A DNA stretch of 44,717 nt from a virus. Its lineage: Duplodnaviria; Caudoviricetes. The position numbers were made by a program, and so were the translations under genes. This document shows, piece by piece, positions 43,892 through 44,717 of the stretch. The notes under the pieces are model-generated. The model was not told the DNA's origin, did no database searches, and saw nothing but the letters and a program-made list of their open reading frames with translations. Numbering within the stretch: the first letter of the stretch is position 1; each line of letters begins with the position of its first letter. The DNA is taken from IMG/VR virus record IMGVR_UViG_3300016466_000173, positions 1-44,717 of that record; one strand, 5' to 3'.

Positions 43892-44717
43892 TATATACTA
43901 CGTAGTCCCGGACTATATCCCTAAGCAGGTTCTTTCAAATAAGAACCGCAATCGTAGTTGGGCGTATGGCTACAATGACCAATACGATGTTGTCGTAATA
44001 TCTAAGACAGGTCAGATAGGTGAGGTAGTAAACATATCAGGACTTCACATAGCATTACCTGCAGCACCTGATAAGTGTCTTCAAAGACACTCAAGTCCAT
44101 CTGAGCAATATTGGGAGAGAGAGGAATTACCTGCTCCGTTGTCAAAGATAAGTTCCATCTTTCAGTGGAATGAAATGCCCAATGATTTCAAGAACAAGTG
44201 GGTTGACTATATAGAGCAGGAGTTCGATAGGAGAGAGCAGGGGATGTGGTTTATGAACAATGGTAAACCAACATACATCACAGGGGCACACTATATGTAT
44301 CTGCAATGGTCCAAGATTGACATAGGATACCCTGACTATCGTGAAGCCAATAGGATATTCTATTTGTTTTGGGAGGCTTGTCGTGCTGACTTTAGGTCAT
44401 TTGGAATGATATACCTCAAGATAAGGCGTTCAGGCTTTTCATTTATGTCATCATCAGAGTGCGTCAATATTGCTACACTTGCAAGAGACTCACGCATAGG
44501 AATCCTTTCTAAGACAGGTGCTGATGCTAAGAAGATGTTTACTGATAAGGTAGTACCAATTAGTTCAAATCTTCCGTTCTTCTTTAAACCTGTGCAGGAC
44601 GGTATGGACAAGCCTAAGACTGAATTGGCTTACCGTGTTCCTGCATCAAAGATTACTAAGAAGAATATGTCAGAGTCCTCAAGTGAGGAGATTGATGGAT
44701 TGGATACCACCATAGAT
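43830..44717 (+). CDS. terL: Terminase large subunit, N-terminal part (runs off the window; absent from the ORF track)
   Basis: Open frame from the ATG at 43830; YITG.HY.YL and YLKIRRSGFS Walker A-type motifs. Confidence 0.85.
   Translation, partial: MTKVSKESRQNKDGQNEGQSSIYYVVPDYIPKQVLSNKNRNRSWAYGYNDQYDVVVISKTGQIGEVVNISGLHIALPAAPDKCLQRHSSPSEQYWEREELPAPLSKISSIFQWNEMPNDFKNKWVDYIEQEFDRREQGMWFMNNGKPTYITGAHYMYLQWSKIDIGYPDYREANRIFYLFWEACRADFRSFGMIYLKIRRSGFSFMSSSECVNIATLARDSRIGILSKTGADAKKMFTDKVVPISSNLPFFFKPVQDGMDKPKTELAYRVPASKITKKNMSESSSEEIDGLDTTID
44075..44090. repeat. 16-bp palindromic motif copy 14, intragenic
   Basis: Exact copy (K-C-L-Q-R-H), a third reading register. Confidence 0.95.

Noticed and set aside
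697-44090. 16-bp palindromes as CRISPR repeats or transposon ends
   Set aside because: Too short, separated by 1-8 kb, no spacer array, and no cas or transposase gene in the window.
1021-44611. Many 60-200 aa antisense ORFs in the track within long genes
   Set aside because: Shadow frames of well-supported genes, with no leaders or protein-like motifs.

Overview
This is a large part of a lytic, podovirus-like tailed phage genome. The host is very probably a Bacteroidetes, because TAnnTTTG promoters and A-rich leaders occur throughout. Layout: + strand tail and ejection-protein module with a 3711-aa polyvalent-type protein (1-14.8 kb); - strand replication/recombination and early genes, including primase-helicase, SNF2 helicase, SSB, exonuclease, Sak and an amidoligase plus GATase-GGCT pair (14.8-31 kb); a GC-rich non-coding divergence point (about 31.1-31.45 kb); + strand GroEL/GroES, an atypical tRNA, small basic proteins, tail fibre, lysis and terminase genes (31.5-44.7 kb). 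The main signals not explained by the ORF track are: (i) two complete type III hammerhead ribozymes in early-region intergenic spaces; (ii) 14 exact copies of a 16-bp palindrome GTGTCTT(TG/CA)AAGACAC spread over the window, densest near 31 kb; three of them lie 1-6 nt upstream of the hammerheads or of a tRNA-like minihelix; (iii) three small +1-frame ORFs nested in linkers of the giant gene, plus a possible -1 frameshift near its start. All calls were made by eye from motifs; no database searches were run.
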